Origin: Fidelibacterota bacterium
GTDB taxonomy: Bacteria; Fidelibacterota; Marinisomatia; Marinisomatales; TCS56
NCBI GenBank assembly: GCA_043822705.1
Contig: JBDRBK010000206.1
Location: forward strand, 1-34,744
Length of the DNA: 34,744 nt
Direction of reading: 5' to 3'
Within the stretch, counting starts at the first letter, position 1. Each line of letters begins with the position of its first letter. The notes below the pieces were generated by a model. It was not told the DNA's origin, ran no database searches, and saw only the letters and a list, made by a program, of their open reading frames with translations. Positions 9,516 through 17,321 of the stretch are shown here, piece by piece. The position numbers and the translations under genes were made by a program.

Positions 9516-10230
9516 AATTCGAGTTCAGTACGACGGCTCGGAATTTTACGGCTGGCAACAGCAGAAGTCGGCCCGTACCGTCCAAAGCGAACTGGAACGG
9601 GCACTATCCGTTCTCAACGCAGGTCAGCGTTCGCCGGTGATCGGAGCCGGTCGCACCGACAGCGGTGTGCACGCCACCGGACAGGTGGCGCATTTTGATT
9701 TGGCAACCGTTTGGTCACCCCCGGAATTACTGCGGGCCCTGAACGGCAACCTACCGGAAGACCTGCGGATTCGCGATTGCGAGTTGGTCGAGCCGAATTT
9801 TCATGCCCGCTTTTCCGCCCGCCGCCGCAGTTATGAATATCACTGCCGGATCGATGATTTCCTGCTGGATCGTAACCATGTCTGGAATACGGGACCGTTG
9901 GATATGAACGCCATGGAACCGGCGGCGGCACTTATCCGCGGCGAACACGATTTCAGAACGTTCTCCAAAATCCGGCGGGATTTGCCGCATCATCGCTGCA
10001 CGATCTATCAATCGTTGTGGAAAGAAGATCAGACTGGTTTAATTTATGTGGTTGTGGCGAACCGGTTTTTACATCATATGGTACGCTATCTGGTGGGCAG
10101 CATGGTCGCCATTGGACAAGGGAAAATTTCTCTGGCTCGATTTGAGAAAATGCTGAACGAGCCGGTCAACGAGAAGTTGATATTCCGGGCTCCGGCCCGG
10201 GGATTAATCCTCACCGAGGTAAGCTATTGA
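9502..10230 (+). CDS. truA: tRNA pseudouridine(38-40) synthase
   Basis: YDGSEFYGWQ, GAGRTDSGVHA (catalytic Asp), FHARFSA, FLHHMVR, APARGL. Start moved to GTG 9502 (MQRYKIRVQYDG). Confidence 0.96.
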   Translation: MQRYKIRVQYDGSEFYGWQQQKSARTVQSELERALSVLNAGQRSPVIGAGRTDSGVHATGQVAHFDLATVWSPPELLRALNGNLPEDLRIRDCELVEPNFHARFSARRRSYEYHCRIDDFLLDRNHVWNTGPLDMNAMEPAAALIRGEHDFRTFSKIRRDLPHHRCTIYQSLWKEDQTGLIYVVVANRFLHHMVRYLVGSMVAIGQGKISLARFEKMLNEPVNEKLIFRAPARGLILTEVSY

Positions 10231-11330
10231 AGACTTTATTCAGTAAATATATTATGCTGGTGCTTGGTCTGGGGTTGGCGACTGCGCCGGTCAGCGGACA
10301 GGATAGTATTGCATCTTCGCGTCGCACCGCCATCACCACCGCCATCGAAAAAGTCAGTCCCGCCATTGCCAGCATCATGGTGATTCAAATCAAAGAATAT
10401 AACCGTTCACCGGTTTTCAGCGATCCGATCTGGCAGTATTTTTTCCCCTACGACACCTATCAGCAAAAGGTCAAATCATCCGGATCCGGTGTCGTAATCA
10501 GTCCGGATGGCTATGTTCTTACCAATCATCATGTTGTCGAACATGCGCTCGAAATCAAGGTGACTCTGCCGGGTGGCAAGGAATATGCCGCCGAAGTTAT
10601 CGGCAGTGACAAGGTTTCCGACCTGGCCCTGATCAAACTGGAGGGCAAGGATTTCCCCTATGCCAAGCTGGCTGATTCAGATATCCTGATAATCGGCGAG
10701 TGGGTGGTGGCCCTGGGTAATCCTTTCGGCCTGTTCGATATCAGCAAACAGCCCACGGCCACGGTGGGAATCATCAGCGCGCTGCACGTTGATTTCGGCC
10801 AGTTGCAGTCGGGCCAGTTGTACCAGGACATGATCCAGACCGATGCGGCGATCAATGTCGGGAACAGTGGCGGTCCGCTGGTGAGCAGCATCGGCGAAGT
10901 GATCGGGATTAACACGATTATCTGGACCGGCAGCGAATATTCGCAGGGATCGGTGGGAATCGGTTTCGCCATTCCGATCAACCGCGCCCGGCGGATTGCC
11001 GAGGAATTGAAGAATACCGGCCGGGTGGATCGCAGTTTTTCAACCGGATTGACGATCCAGACCCTGGAGCCGCGGATCGCCGGCTACCTGGACCTGCCAT
11101 TCACGCGCGGAGTAATCATCACCCAGGTCGATCCGGCCAGCGCCGCCGCCGAAGCCGGTTTGAAACCGGGGGACGTGATCTCCACAATGAACGGCTACAA
11201 AATCGATAAAACCGATGATATATTCCGTATTTTTAATGATTCCGGATTAAGAGCGGGAGATAAAATAGAACTGACGATCTACCGCGATGGAAAAAATCAA
11301 AAAGTGTCATTCCGACTGCGAAAGGCCTGA
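10227..11330 (+). CDS. HtrA/DegP-family serine protease with one PDZ domain
   Basis: Signal peptide; GSGVVIS, TNHHV (His), SDLAL (Asp), IQTDAAINVGNSGGPL (Ser); C-terminal PDZ (AGLKPGDVI); TTG start. Confidence 0.94.
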   Translation: MKTLFSKYIMLVLGLGLATAPVSGQDSIASSRRTAITTAIEKVSPAIASIMVIQIKEYNRSPVFSDPIWQYFFPYDTYQQKVKSSGSGVVISPDGYVLTNHHVVEHALEIKVTLPGGKEYAAEVIGSDKVSDLALIKLEGKDFPYAKLADSDILIIGEWVVALGNPFGLFDISKQPTATVGIISALHVDFGQLQSGQLYQDMIQTDAAINVGNSGGPLVSSIGEVIGINTIIWTGSEYSQGSVGIGFAIPINRARRIAEELKNTGRVDRSFSTGLTIQTLEPRIAGYLDLPFTRGVIITQVDPASAAAEAGLKPGDVISTMNGYKIDKTDDIFRIFNDSGLRAGDKIELTIYRDGKNQKVSFRLRKA

Positions 11331-11334
11331 TCTG

Positions 11335-11982
11335 ATGTTTGCAAAAGAAGGTAAAAGTATTTTATTGGGAATTGGCCTCGTTGTGATTGCCGCCGCCATC
11401 GGCAGCATTTTTTTCCAATCGTTCTTCTGGTCGTTTCTGCTGTTGCCGGCTGCTGCTGCGCTGCTGTTTTCGTTGTATTTTTTCCGCGATCCGCAGCGGA
11501 TTATTCCGGCGGGAGGCCATTTGGTTATTGCGCCGGCCGATGGTAAAATCGTGCGTGTCCTGACCGTCGATGATGAGACGGTGGGCCGTTCGGCCACCCT
11601 GATCACGATATTTTTGTCGGTGTTCAACGTGCATGTCAACCGCATGCCGGTGAGTGGAGTTTTCCGGTCGGTGGAATACCGGTCCGGTAAATTCCTGGCC
11701 GCTTTCGACCACAAGGCTTCCGACGAGAACGAACGAACCGACATCGTAATCGATGCGGCCAATCGGACATTGCGACTCAAGCAGGTGGCCGGTATCTTGG
11801 CCCGCAGGATTCACTGTTATGCCAGGCCGGGTGCTGCGATGCAGCCGGGCGACCGGCTGGGATTTATTCGCTTCGGGTCACGGACCGACCTGATCGTGCC
11901 GAACGATTGCGTGGTTAAGGTCCAGGTCGGCCAAAAAGTAGTTGGTGGTGAAACCATTATCGGAGAATTTGATGAAAACTAA
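11335..11982 (+). CDS. psd: Phosphatidylserine decarboxylase proenzyme (short type)
   Basis: YFFRDP, APADGK, FLSVFNVHVNRMP, NER, QVAG..ARRI, and RFGSRTD self-cleavage motif. Start moved to ATG 11335. Confidence 0.94.
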   Translation: MFAKEGKSILLGIGLVVIAAAIGSIFFQSFFWSFLLLPAAAALLFSLYFFRDPQRIIPAGGHLVIAPADGKIVRVLTVDDETVGRSATLITIFLSVFNVHVNRMPVSGVFRSVEYRSGKFLAAFDHKASDENERTDIVIDAANRTLRLKQVAGILARRIHCYARPGAAMQPGDRLGFIRFGSRTDLIVPNDCVVKVQVGQKVVGGETIIGEFDEN

Positions 11983-12748
11983 ACGACGGGTACGTCGGCC
12001 ATTGAATAAAAGCTATATTCCGAACATAATTACGCTGATGAACATGTTTTTGGGATTCACCGCCATAATCATGTTGCTGAAGGGTGACCCGATTCGGGCG
12101 GCCTGGATTATCCTGTTCGCCATGGGTTTCGATGCCATCGACGGCAAAACGGCGCGGATGCTGGGTATTTCCAATCGCTTCGGGACCGAATTCGACTCGC
12201 TGGCCGATACCGTTTCGTTCTGTGTCGTTCCGTCCCTGATGGTATACACATTATATGTCAAAGGCCTGCCGCCGCTGGTCGGGGCTTTGATCAGCTTTGT
12301 CCCGTTGATGTTCGGCAGCATCAGGCTGGCCCGTTTCAACCTGTTGCATGGTTCGCCCAAGAAATTTTATACCGGTCTTACCACTCCGCTTTCCACGGTG
12401 ATGATTGTCAGTTTTGTAATGTTCAATCACCAGGTCAGCGGCAATTACGGTGATCCGCGGATCGCGATCGCCCTGGTCTTTGCCGTCAGTTATTTGATGA
12501 TCAGCCCGGTCCGGTTTGCCCAATTCCCAACCTTTTCGTTGCGCCACGGTCGTGCCAACAACCTGCGGCTGGTGGGCGTGGTAGTACTCACGGTGTCGAT
12601 AATCCTCTGGCAGGGACTGGTGATATTCCCGTTATTCACGGTATATATTTCCTGGAGCATTCTGAACTGGCTGATGGATCACAAGCGCTTCGAGGACAAG
12701 CTTGAGATCGATCCGTCTGATGACAGTACTATTTTGCCGATCGAGTAA
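11972..12748 (+). CDS. pssA: CDP-diacylglycerol--serine O-phosphatidyltransferase
   Basis: IPNIITLMN; CDP-alcohol motif DAIDGKTAR...FGTEFDSLAD; RLARFN; next to psd. Start moved to ATG 11972. Confidence 0.93.
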   Translation: MKTKRRVRRPLNKSYIPNIITLMNMFLGFTAIIMLLKGDPIRAAWIILFAMGFDAIDGKTARMLGISNRFGTEFDSLADTVSFCVVPSLMVYTLYVKGLPPLVGALISFVPLMFGSIRLARFNLLHGSPKKFYTGLTTPLSTVMIVSFVMFNHQVSGNYGDPRIAIALVFAVSYLMISPVRFAQFPTFSLRHGRANNLRLVGVVVLTVSIILWQGLVIFPLFTVYISWSILNWLMDHKRFEDKLEIDPSDDSTILPIE

Positions 12749-12751
12749 ACT

Positions 12752-13039
12752 ATGAATAAACGTTCCTTGACGATCATCGCACTGGTGTTGTTTATCGGCG
12801 CCATGCTGGGCACGTTAATCGGACAATTGCTGGGCTGGGTCCTACCGGAGAGCGTGGTTCGTGATTTTTTCCTGACCGGTGTCAGTTTCGATCTGGCCGG
12901 ACTGGTAGGTGATCAAAGTGGCGTCATCACCTTGAACCTGATTATTCTGACATTGAAATTCGGTTTGAGTTTGAATTTCAATTTCGCCAGCATGATCGGT
13001 CTGGCGACCGCCTATTATTTTCTGCGTTATTTCCGTTGA
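12752..13039 (+). CDS. Small membrane protein, DUF4321-like
   Basis: 95 aa, hydrophobic; GAMLGTLIGQLLG ... TLNLIILTLKFGLSLNFNFASMIG resembles DUF4321. Confidence 0.7.
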   Translation: MNKRSLTIIALVLFIGAMLGTLIGQLLGWVLPESVVRDFFLTGVSFDLAGLVGDQSGVITLNLIILTLKFGLSLNFNFASMIGLATAYYFLRYFR

Positions 13040-13120
13040 TAATCAGTCCCCGTACGTTTGTTATATCGGTTCGACTGGATATATTGACATTAGGCTGCTA
13101 ATCGGAAAAACAGCAGCTTC

Positions 13121-13783
13121 CTATTTTGTGGCGATGATCGCCAGCAGCTCACCTGGACGGTCAATTATATAATCCGCACCCGATTCCAGTAATTCTTTTC
13201 TGCTGCGGAAGCCCCAACTGACCCCAACAGCCACCATTCCGGCGCCGACCGCGGTTTCCATATCGATACCGGAATCACCGACAAAGAGTATTTGATCCGG
13301 TGCGAGTCGCAGTTGATCGGCAATATCTCGGGCTGAATAGGGATCCGGTTTCCGTGGCTGGTCCGGTTGGGCACCGCGCACCGGATTGAAGACCCAGCGC
13401 GCCAGAAAATGGGTACGGAATTCTTCCGTGAAGTGTTGCGGTTTGTTGGAAAGAATCGCCATTCGTATATTAGCCGCGGTCAGCTGGTCAAGAACTGCAG
13501 CCAGACCATCATATAGATTGCCCGATTTTCTCCAGGTTCGGGAATATTCGTCACGTAATTCAGCGGTAATCGCCGCCAGTTCGTCGGCGTCGACCGGGTA
13601 TTGCGCCAGCGCCCGCCGGACCAGCATTTCGATCCCGGAACCGACGAATTCACGGTAGACCGCCCGGGGGTGTCTGGAGTAGCCGCGGCGGCGCAGAACC
13701 CGGTTCATGGCAACAGCGATTCCTTGCAGCGAATCGACCAGCGTACCATCCATATCGAATATAATGGCTTTAATTATTGACAC
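13121..13783 (-). CDS. HAD-family hydrolase (phosphoglycolate phosphatase-like)
   Basis: FDMDGTL (motif I), ILSNK, KPDP, FVGDS..D, GVSWGFR; GTG start. Confidence 0.93.
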   Translation of the reverse strand: MSIIKAIIFDMDGTLVDSLQGIAVAMNRVLRRRGYSRHPRAVYREFVGSGIEMLVRRALAQYPVDADELAAITAELRDEYSRTWRKSGNLYDGLAAVLDQLTAANIRMAILSNKPQHFTEEFRTHFLARWVFNPVRGAQPDQPRKPDPYSARDIADQLRLAPDQILFVGDSGIDMETAVGAGMVAVGVSWGFRSRKELLESGADYIIDRPGELLAIIATK

Positions 13784-13935
13784 TTATCTTTGACTCCCGT
13801 GCCAGCGCACCGGCATCTGTTCCTGGCCGGCATCGGATTATCCCCGGCGCCCCAGTGTATTTTTACACGCGAAATCTACTGATTAAGTGTTAATTTTGAC
13901 TAATAATGAAATAATAATTACTGGAGGTAGTAACC

Positions 13936-14157
13936 ATGGTCAATCATACTGTCGTATTGGCGGGAATGCCCGGCGGCTGGGAATTGATACTGATTTTCCT
14001 GGTGGTCCTGATATTATTCGGCGCCAAACGCCTGCCGGAACTGGCCCGTGGTCTGGGTCAGAGTATCCGTGAATTCAAGGGTGCCGTCGATGGGGTCCAG
14101 AAAGAAATCAAAGATGTCACTGAGGGCGAGACCAAGGAACCCGGAAAAGACGCCTGA
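13936..14157 (+). CDS. tatA: Twin-arginine translocase TatA/E subunit
   Basis: [44 protein letters not shown] at 13923-13927. Confidence 0.95.
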   Translation: MVNHTVVLAGMPGGWELILIFLVVLILFGAKRLPELARGLGQSIREFKGAVDGVQKEIKDVTEGETKEPGKDA

Positions 14158-14188
14158 TTGGTCCGGGGAGACCGGAAATCTCAGGCGT
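14150..14188 (+). terminator. Stem-loop over the tatA stop (terminator-like or mRNA-stabilising)
   Basis: ACGCCTGA (14150-14157) pairs with TCAGGCGT (14181-14188) around an inner TCCGG/CCGGA stem; no clear U-tract follows. Confidence 0.45.
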
Positions 14189-14308
14189 TGATATTCTGAC
14201 GCGCGAACAGGTCTAACCGGCGGACCGGGCGACGGGGAATGAATATGCGCCGGGTGTTTTAATTTTTTAGGGATTCAAATTCCGCCAGAAACAATTTTAA
14301 CTGTTGGT

Positions 14309-14377
14309 CGTTGGTAGAAAATAACTGCCGTTGGAAAAAATTAACTAATTTTCGGCTTCCGTGAATGAAGCCGGCAG
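14309..14377 (+). promoter_or_regulatory. Putative promoter/operator region of the bat operon
   Basis: AT-rich; two 18-nt imperfect direct repeats (14309-14326, 14329-14346), AAAATTA-AC-TAATTTT palindrome (14337-14352), CGGCTTC/GAAGCCG hairpin (14353-14373). Confidence 0.4.
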
Positions 14378-14454
14378 AATGAAAAAAATAGGATGATTTG
14401 GAATATCTGGTTATCGGATAAGCTTTTTTTCCCTCTAAAAAGCGGGCGGATCGG

Positions 14455-15447
14455 ATGATTCAGTTTGCCGATCCGCTGTATTTATTATTTCTGTTCCTGT
14501 TGCCGGGATTATATTGGTGGTACCGCCGTTACGGTCGTAAAAACGAAGGCAGTCTACGGGTATCTTCGGCTGATTTGTTCGCCAACCATTTTAAGAACCG
14601 GGGCCAGTGGCGCGCCCGGATTCTCAAGCTGATCCAACTGGTGGTAATCGGTCTGATATCTTTGGGATTGGCACGACCGCGCATCGTCGATTCACTCAGT
14701 GAATCCAAAGTTCAGGTCATAGATATCGTGCTGGTGATCGATATCAGCAGCAGCATGCTGGCCCAGGATTTTCAGCCTAACCGTTTGGAGGCGGTGAAGG
14801 CGACCGCGCAGAATTTTATTGTCAATCGTCCCGCCGATCGGATCGGAATTCTGGTGTTTGCCAAGGAGACCTTCGTGCAATGCCCGTTGACGGTGGACAA
14901 GGAGGTGCTCAGTTCACTGCTGTCGGAAATCACCGTTGCCGAAAAATCTTATGACGGGACGGCGATCGGCATGGCCATCGCCAACGCCACCAACCGCCTG
15001 CGCAACAGTCCCGCTAAAAGCAAATTGATGATTTTGCTTTCCGACGGCAGCAATAATGCCGGTGAACTGGATCCGCTGACGGCCGCCGATCTGGCCCGGC
15101 AGTTCGGTGTGAAGATTTATACGGTAGGTGCCGGAAGAAAGGGCACGGCACCCTATCCGGTCAATGATCCCTTGTTCGGCCAGCGGGTGATGCAGGTGGA
15201 AGTGGATATGGACGAGCCGACGCTGAAGGAAATTGCGCGGATTACCGGCGGTCAATATTTCCGGGCGGAAAATGAGGCGCGGCTGGAGGAAATTTACGGG
15301 CAGATCGACCAGCTCGAACGGACCGAGATTCAGGTCCGCGATTATACCGAATATCGTGAATTGTTCGGCTGGTTCCTGATCCCGGCGCTGATCCTGGGAT
15401 TGGGCTATGAAACACTGAATCGGGTCGTCTTCAGGAGCCGCACATGA
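14455..15447 (+). CDS. batA: BatA, VWA-domain membrane protein
   Basis: N-terminal F..P.YL TM region, LARP, MIDAS DISSSM, DFQPNRLEA, GTAIG, LSDGSNNAG, TGGQYFRA. Confidence 0.92.
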   Translation: MIQFADPLYLLFLFLLPGLYWWYRRYGRKNEGSLRVSSADLFANHFKNRGQWRARILKLIQLVVIGLISLGLARPRIVDSLSESKVQVIDIVLVIDISSSMLAQDFQPNRLEAVKATAQNFIVNRPADRIGILVFAKETFVQCPLTVDKEVLSSLLSEITVAEKSYDGTAIGMAIANATNRLRNSPAKSKLMILLSDGSNNAGELDPLTAADLARQFGVKIYTVGAGRKGTAPYPVNDPLFGQRVMQVEVDMDEPTLKEIARITGGQYFRAENEARLEEIYGQIDQLERTEIQVRDYTEYRELFGWFLIPALILGLGYETLNRVVFRSRT

Positions 15448-16472
15448 TCGCTTTTCGATTCAGTTGGGTGTTGTACCTGTATCTGCCGCTGATACTGGCG
15501 GCCCTGGGTTGGTGGTTGTATCAACGCCGGCGGGCGGGATTTTTACCCGAAACCAACCCGGCGCTGGTCGTAAATCTATTCGGCCGGCTCGACCGGCGTA
15601 AACTGGCCTGGAAGCGAGGATCCGGAGTGTTCGGATTGGTGCTGTTGCTGTTCGCTGCCTCCGGACCCCAGATCGGGACCCGCCTTAAACCGGTGGAACG
15701 CAAGGGAATCGACTTGGTCTTTGCCCTGGATGTATCGGTCAGCATGGACGCCAAGGATGTCAAACCCAGCCGGCTGGAAAAAGCCAAATTCGAAATCTCA
15801 CAGATGATCCGGCAGCTTGCCGGTGATCGGGTCGGACTGATCGTATTCGCCGGTTCCAGCAACCTGTACCTACCCCTGACCAGCGATTATGAAACCGCGC
15901 TGTTGTTTCTCGATGCAGTGGACACGAAAATGATTCCCACACAGGGAACCGACCTGAGTACGGCCCTCACTACGGCCCTGAGCACATTCCCCGAAGAGAA
16001 TGACAAGTACCGGGTGCTGGTGCTGGTAACCGACGGTGAAGACCACCAGGGGGCGGCCATCAAAGTCGCTGAAGATGCCACCAAGGCCGGGATTATCATT
16101 CATACCGTCGGTGTTGGTACGCCCTCCGGTGCCCTGATCCCGGTGGCCGGCCAGGATGGTGCCACCGCGGACTACAAGCGTGATAACCAGGGCAGGTTGA
16201 TCACATCCATGTTGAATGAACAGATTTTGCGCGATATCGCCCGGGCGGGCGGTGGCGTCAATATCAGATTTGACAACCGCTACGCCAACTACCGGGAATT
16301 ACTGGCGGCCATCAACAGCATGGAAAAACGGACCATTAAAACTCATGAATATTCCCAATTTGAGGATCGTTACCAGTCGTTTGCCCTGTTTGCGGTAATA
16401 TTTTTAATCGTCGGTTTTATGCTGCCGACACGCCGGCGGCAAGAAACAATCTGGCGAGGTCGAATTGTCTGA
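15444..16472 (+). CDS. batB: BatB, VWA-domain membrane protein
   Basis: GPQIG, MIDAS DVSVSM, DVKPSRLEKAK, LPLTSDY, QGTDL, VTDGEDH; ATGA overlap with batA. Confidence 0.9.
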   Translation: MIAFRFSWVLYLYLPLILAALGWWLYQRRRAGFLPETNPALVVNLFGRLDRRKLAWKRGSGVFGLVLLLFAASGPQIGTRLKPVERKGIDLVFALDVSVSMDAKDVKPSRLEKAKFEISQMIRQLAGDRVGLIVFAGSSNLYLPLTSDYETALLFLDAVDTKMIPTQGTDLSTALTTALSTFPEENDKYRVLVLVTDGEDHQGAAIKVAEDATKAGIIIHTVGVGTPSGALIPVAGQDGATADYKRDNQGRLITSMLNEQILRDIARAGGGVNIRFDNRYANYRELLAAINSMEKRTIKTHEYSQFEDRYQSFALFAVIFLIVGFMLPTRRRQETIWRGRIV

Positions 16473-17241
16473 TCCGATCAAAACGGTACTGTTGACAATC
16501 CTGATCGCGGGCTGGCTGCCGGCGATCGATAAGGGGACCAGGTATTATCTGGAGCAGGATTTCGCGAATGCCCGTTCCTACTACGAGGCCGTCCTGCGGG
16601 AAGCACCGGACAGCGCTCCGGCCCTGCTGGGTCTGGGCTCGTCGGCTTTCCAGCAGGAGGACTTGGAAACCGCGCGGCAGGCCTTCGAAGACGCTTTGGG
16701 CACGGACGATCCGGAAATCAAGGCCAAGGCGCTGTACAATATGGGTAACGTGCTGTACCAGGATCAACGCTATGACGAAAGTCTGGTGTTTTACCGTAAG
16801 GCGCTGGAACTGGACCCCAACGATCTTGATACCAAATATAATTATGAATTTTTACGTCGTCAGCTGGAACAGCAAAAACAGCAGCAGCAGCAGAAAGGTG
16901 ATGATCAGAAGCAGCGGGACCAGAAACAACAGGATGATCAGGAGCAGGCGCAGCAGAACCAGGATAAACAGAATCAACAGGAACAGGACCAGCAGCAACA
17001 GCAGGATCAAGCAAAACAGGATCAACAGCAGCAAGACCCGAATGCCGACGAGCATCAGGAACAGCAGGATGAACAGGAGCAGCAGGAGCAACAAACCCGG
17101 CAGCAGGCTGATGAAGCGGAGGATTCCGCTGACAAGCAGAGCGCCCGGGCAGTGCTGGATGCCCTGAAAGATGATGAAAAGATTTACATGAAAAAACAGA
17201 TGGCGCGCGCCCAGTCCAAAAAGCTGGAGAAAGACTGGTGA
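16465..17241 (+). CDS. batC: BatC, TPR protein with Gln-rich linker
   Basis: TPR repeats (ALYNMGNVLY...YRKALELDPND..KYNYE), Q/D-rich linker, C-terminal KDW; TTG start. Confidence 0.87.
   Translation: MSDPIKTVLLTILIAGWLPAIDKGTRYYLEQDFANARSYYEAVLREAPDSAPALLGLGSSAFQQEDLETARQAFEDALGTDDPEIKAKALYNMGNVLYQDQRYDESLVFYRKALELDPNDLDTKYNYEFLRRQLEQQKQQQQQKGDDQKQRDQKQQDDQEQAQQNQDKQNQQEQDQQQQQDQAKQDQQQQDPNADEHQEQQDEQEQQEQQTRQQADEAEDSADKQSARAVLDALKDDEKIYMKKQMARAQSKKLEKDW
16861..17110 (+). repeat. Low-complexity CAG/CAA-rich tract encoding the Gln/Asp/Glu-rich BatC linker
   Basis: Recurrent cagcag/caggat/caacag units, in frame, encoding QQKQQQQQK...QDQQQQQDQ; boundaries approximate. Confidence 0.85.
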
Positions 17242-17321
17242 TTAAATCTGGTAAGAATCGGGTCGTTGTGGCAAATTCGAGCGGGTTATCGAATTCAATA
17301 ACTCCAATTTTATCGGCATGA
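17238..17321 (+). CDS. Putative 27-aa bridging mini-ORF (MIKSGKNRVVVANSSGLSNSITPILSA)
   Basis: GTG overlaps the batC stop (GTGA), TGA overlaps the batD start (ATGA), GGAGA lies 7 nt upstream; below the ORF-track length cutoff. Confidence 0.35.
   Translation: MIKSGKNRVVVANSSGLSNSITPILSA

Noticed and set aside
13084..13117. Perfect TTGACA and a GCTGCT/AGCAGC inverted repeat between convergent genes
   Set aside because: No -10 at the proper spacing. The 6-bp stem has a long loop and no U-tract, too weak to call.
13887..14072. 61-aa ORF overlapping the tatA start in another frame
   Set aside because: No RBS or motifs, and it starts inside the likely promoter. tatA has a clear GGAGG RBS.
16852..17094. 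Poly-Leu 'membrane protein' ORF on the - strand, and the 199-aa alternative-frame ORF 16568-17167
   Set aside because: Both are shadows of the CAG-rich BatC linker (CAG reversed is CTG, Leu).
16861..17110. Repetitive tract considered as a CRISPR array or phase-variable repeat
   Set aside because: No constant repeat/unique spacer structure. It is an imperfect in-frame Gln-rich linker, which is usual in BatC.
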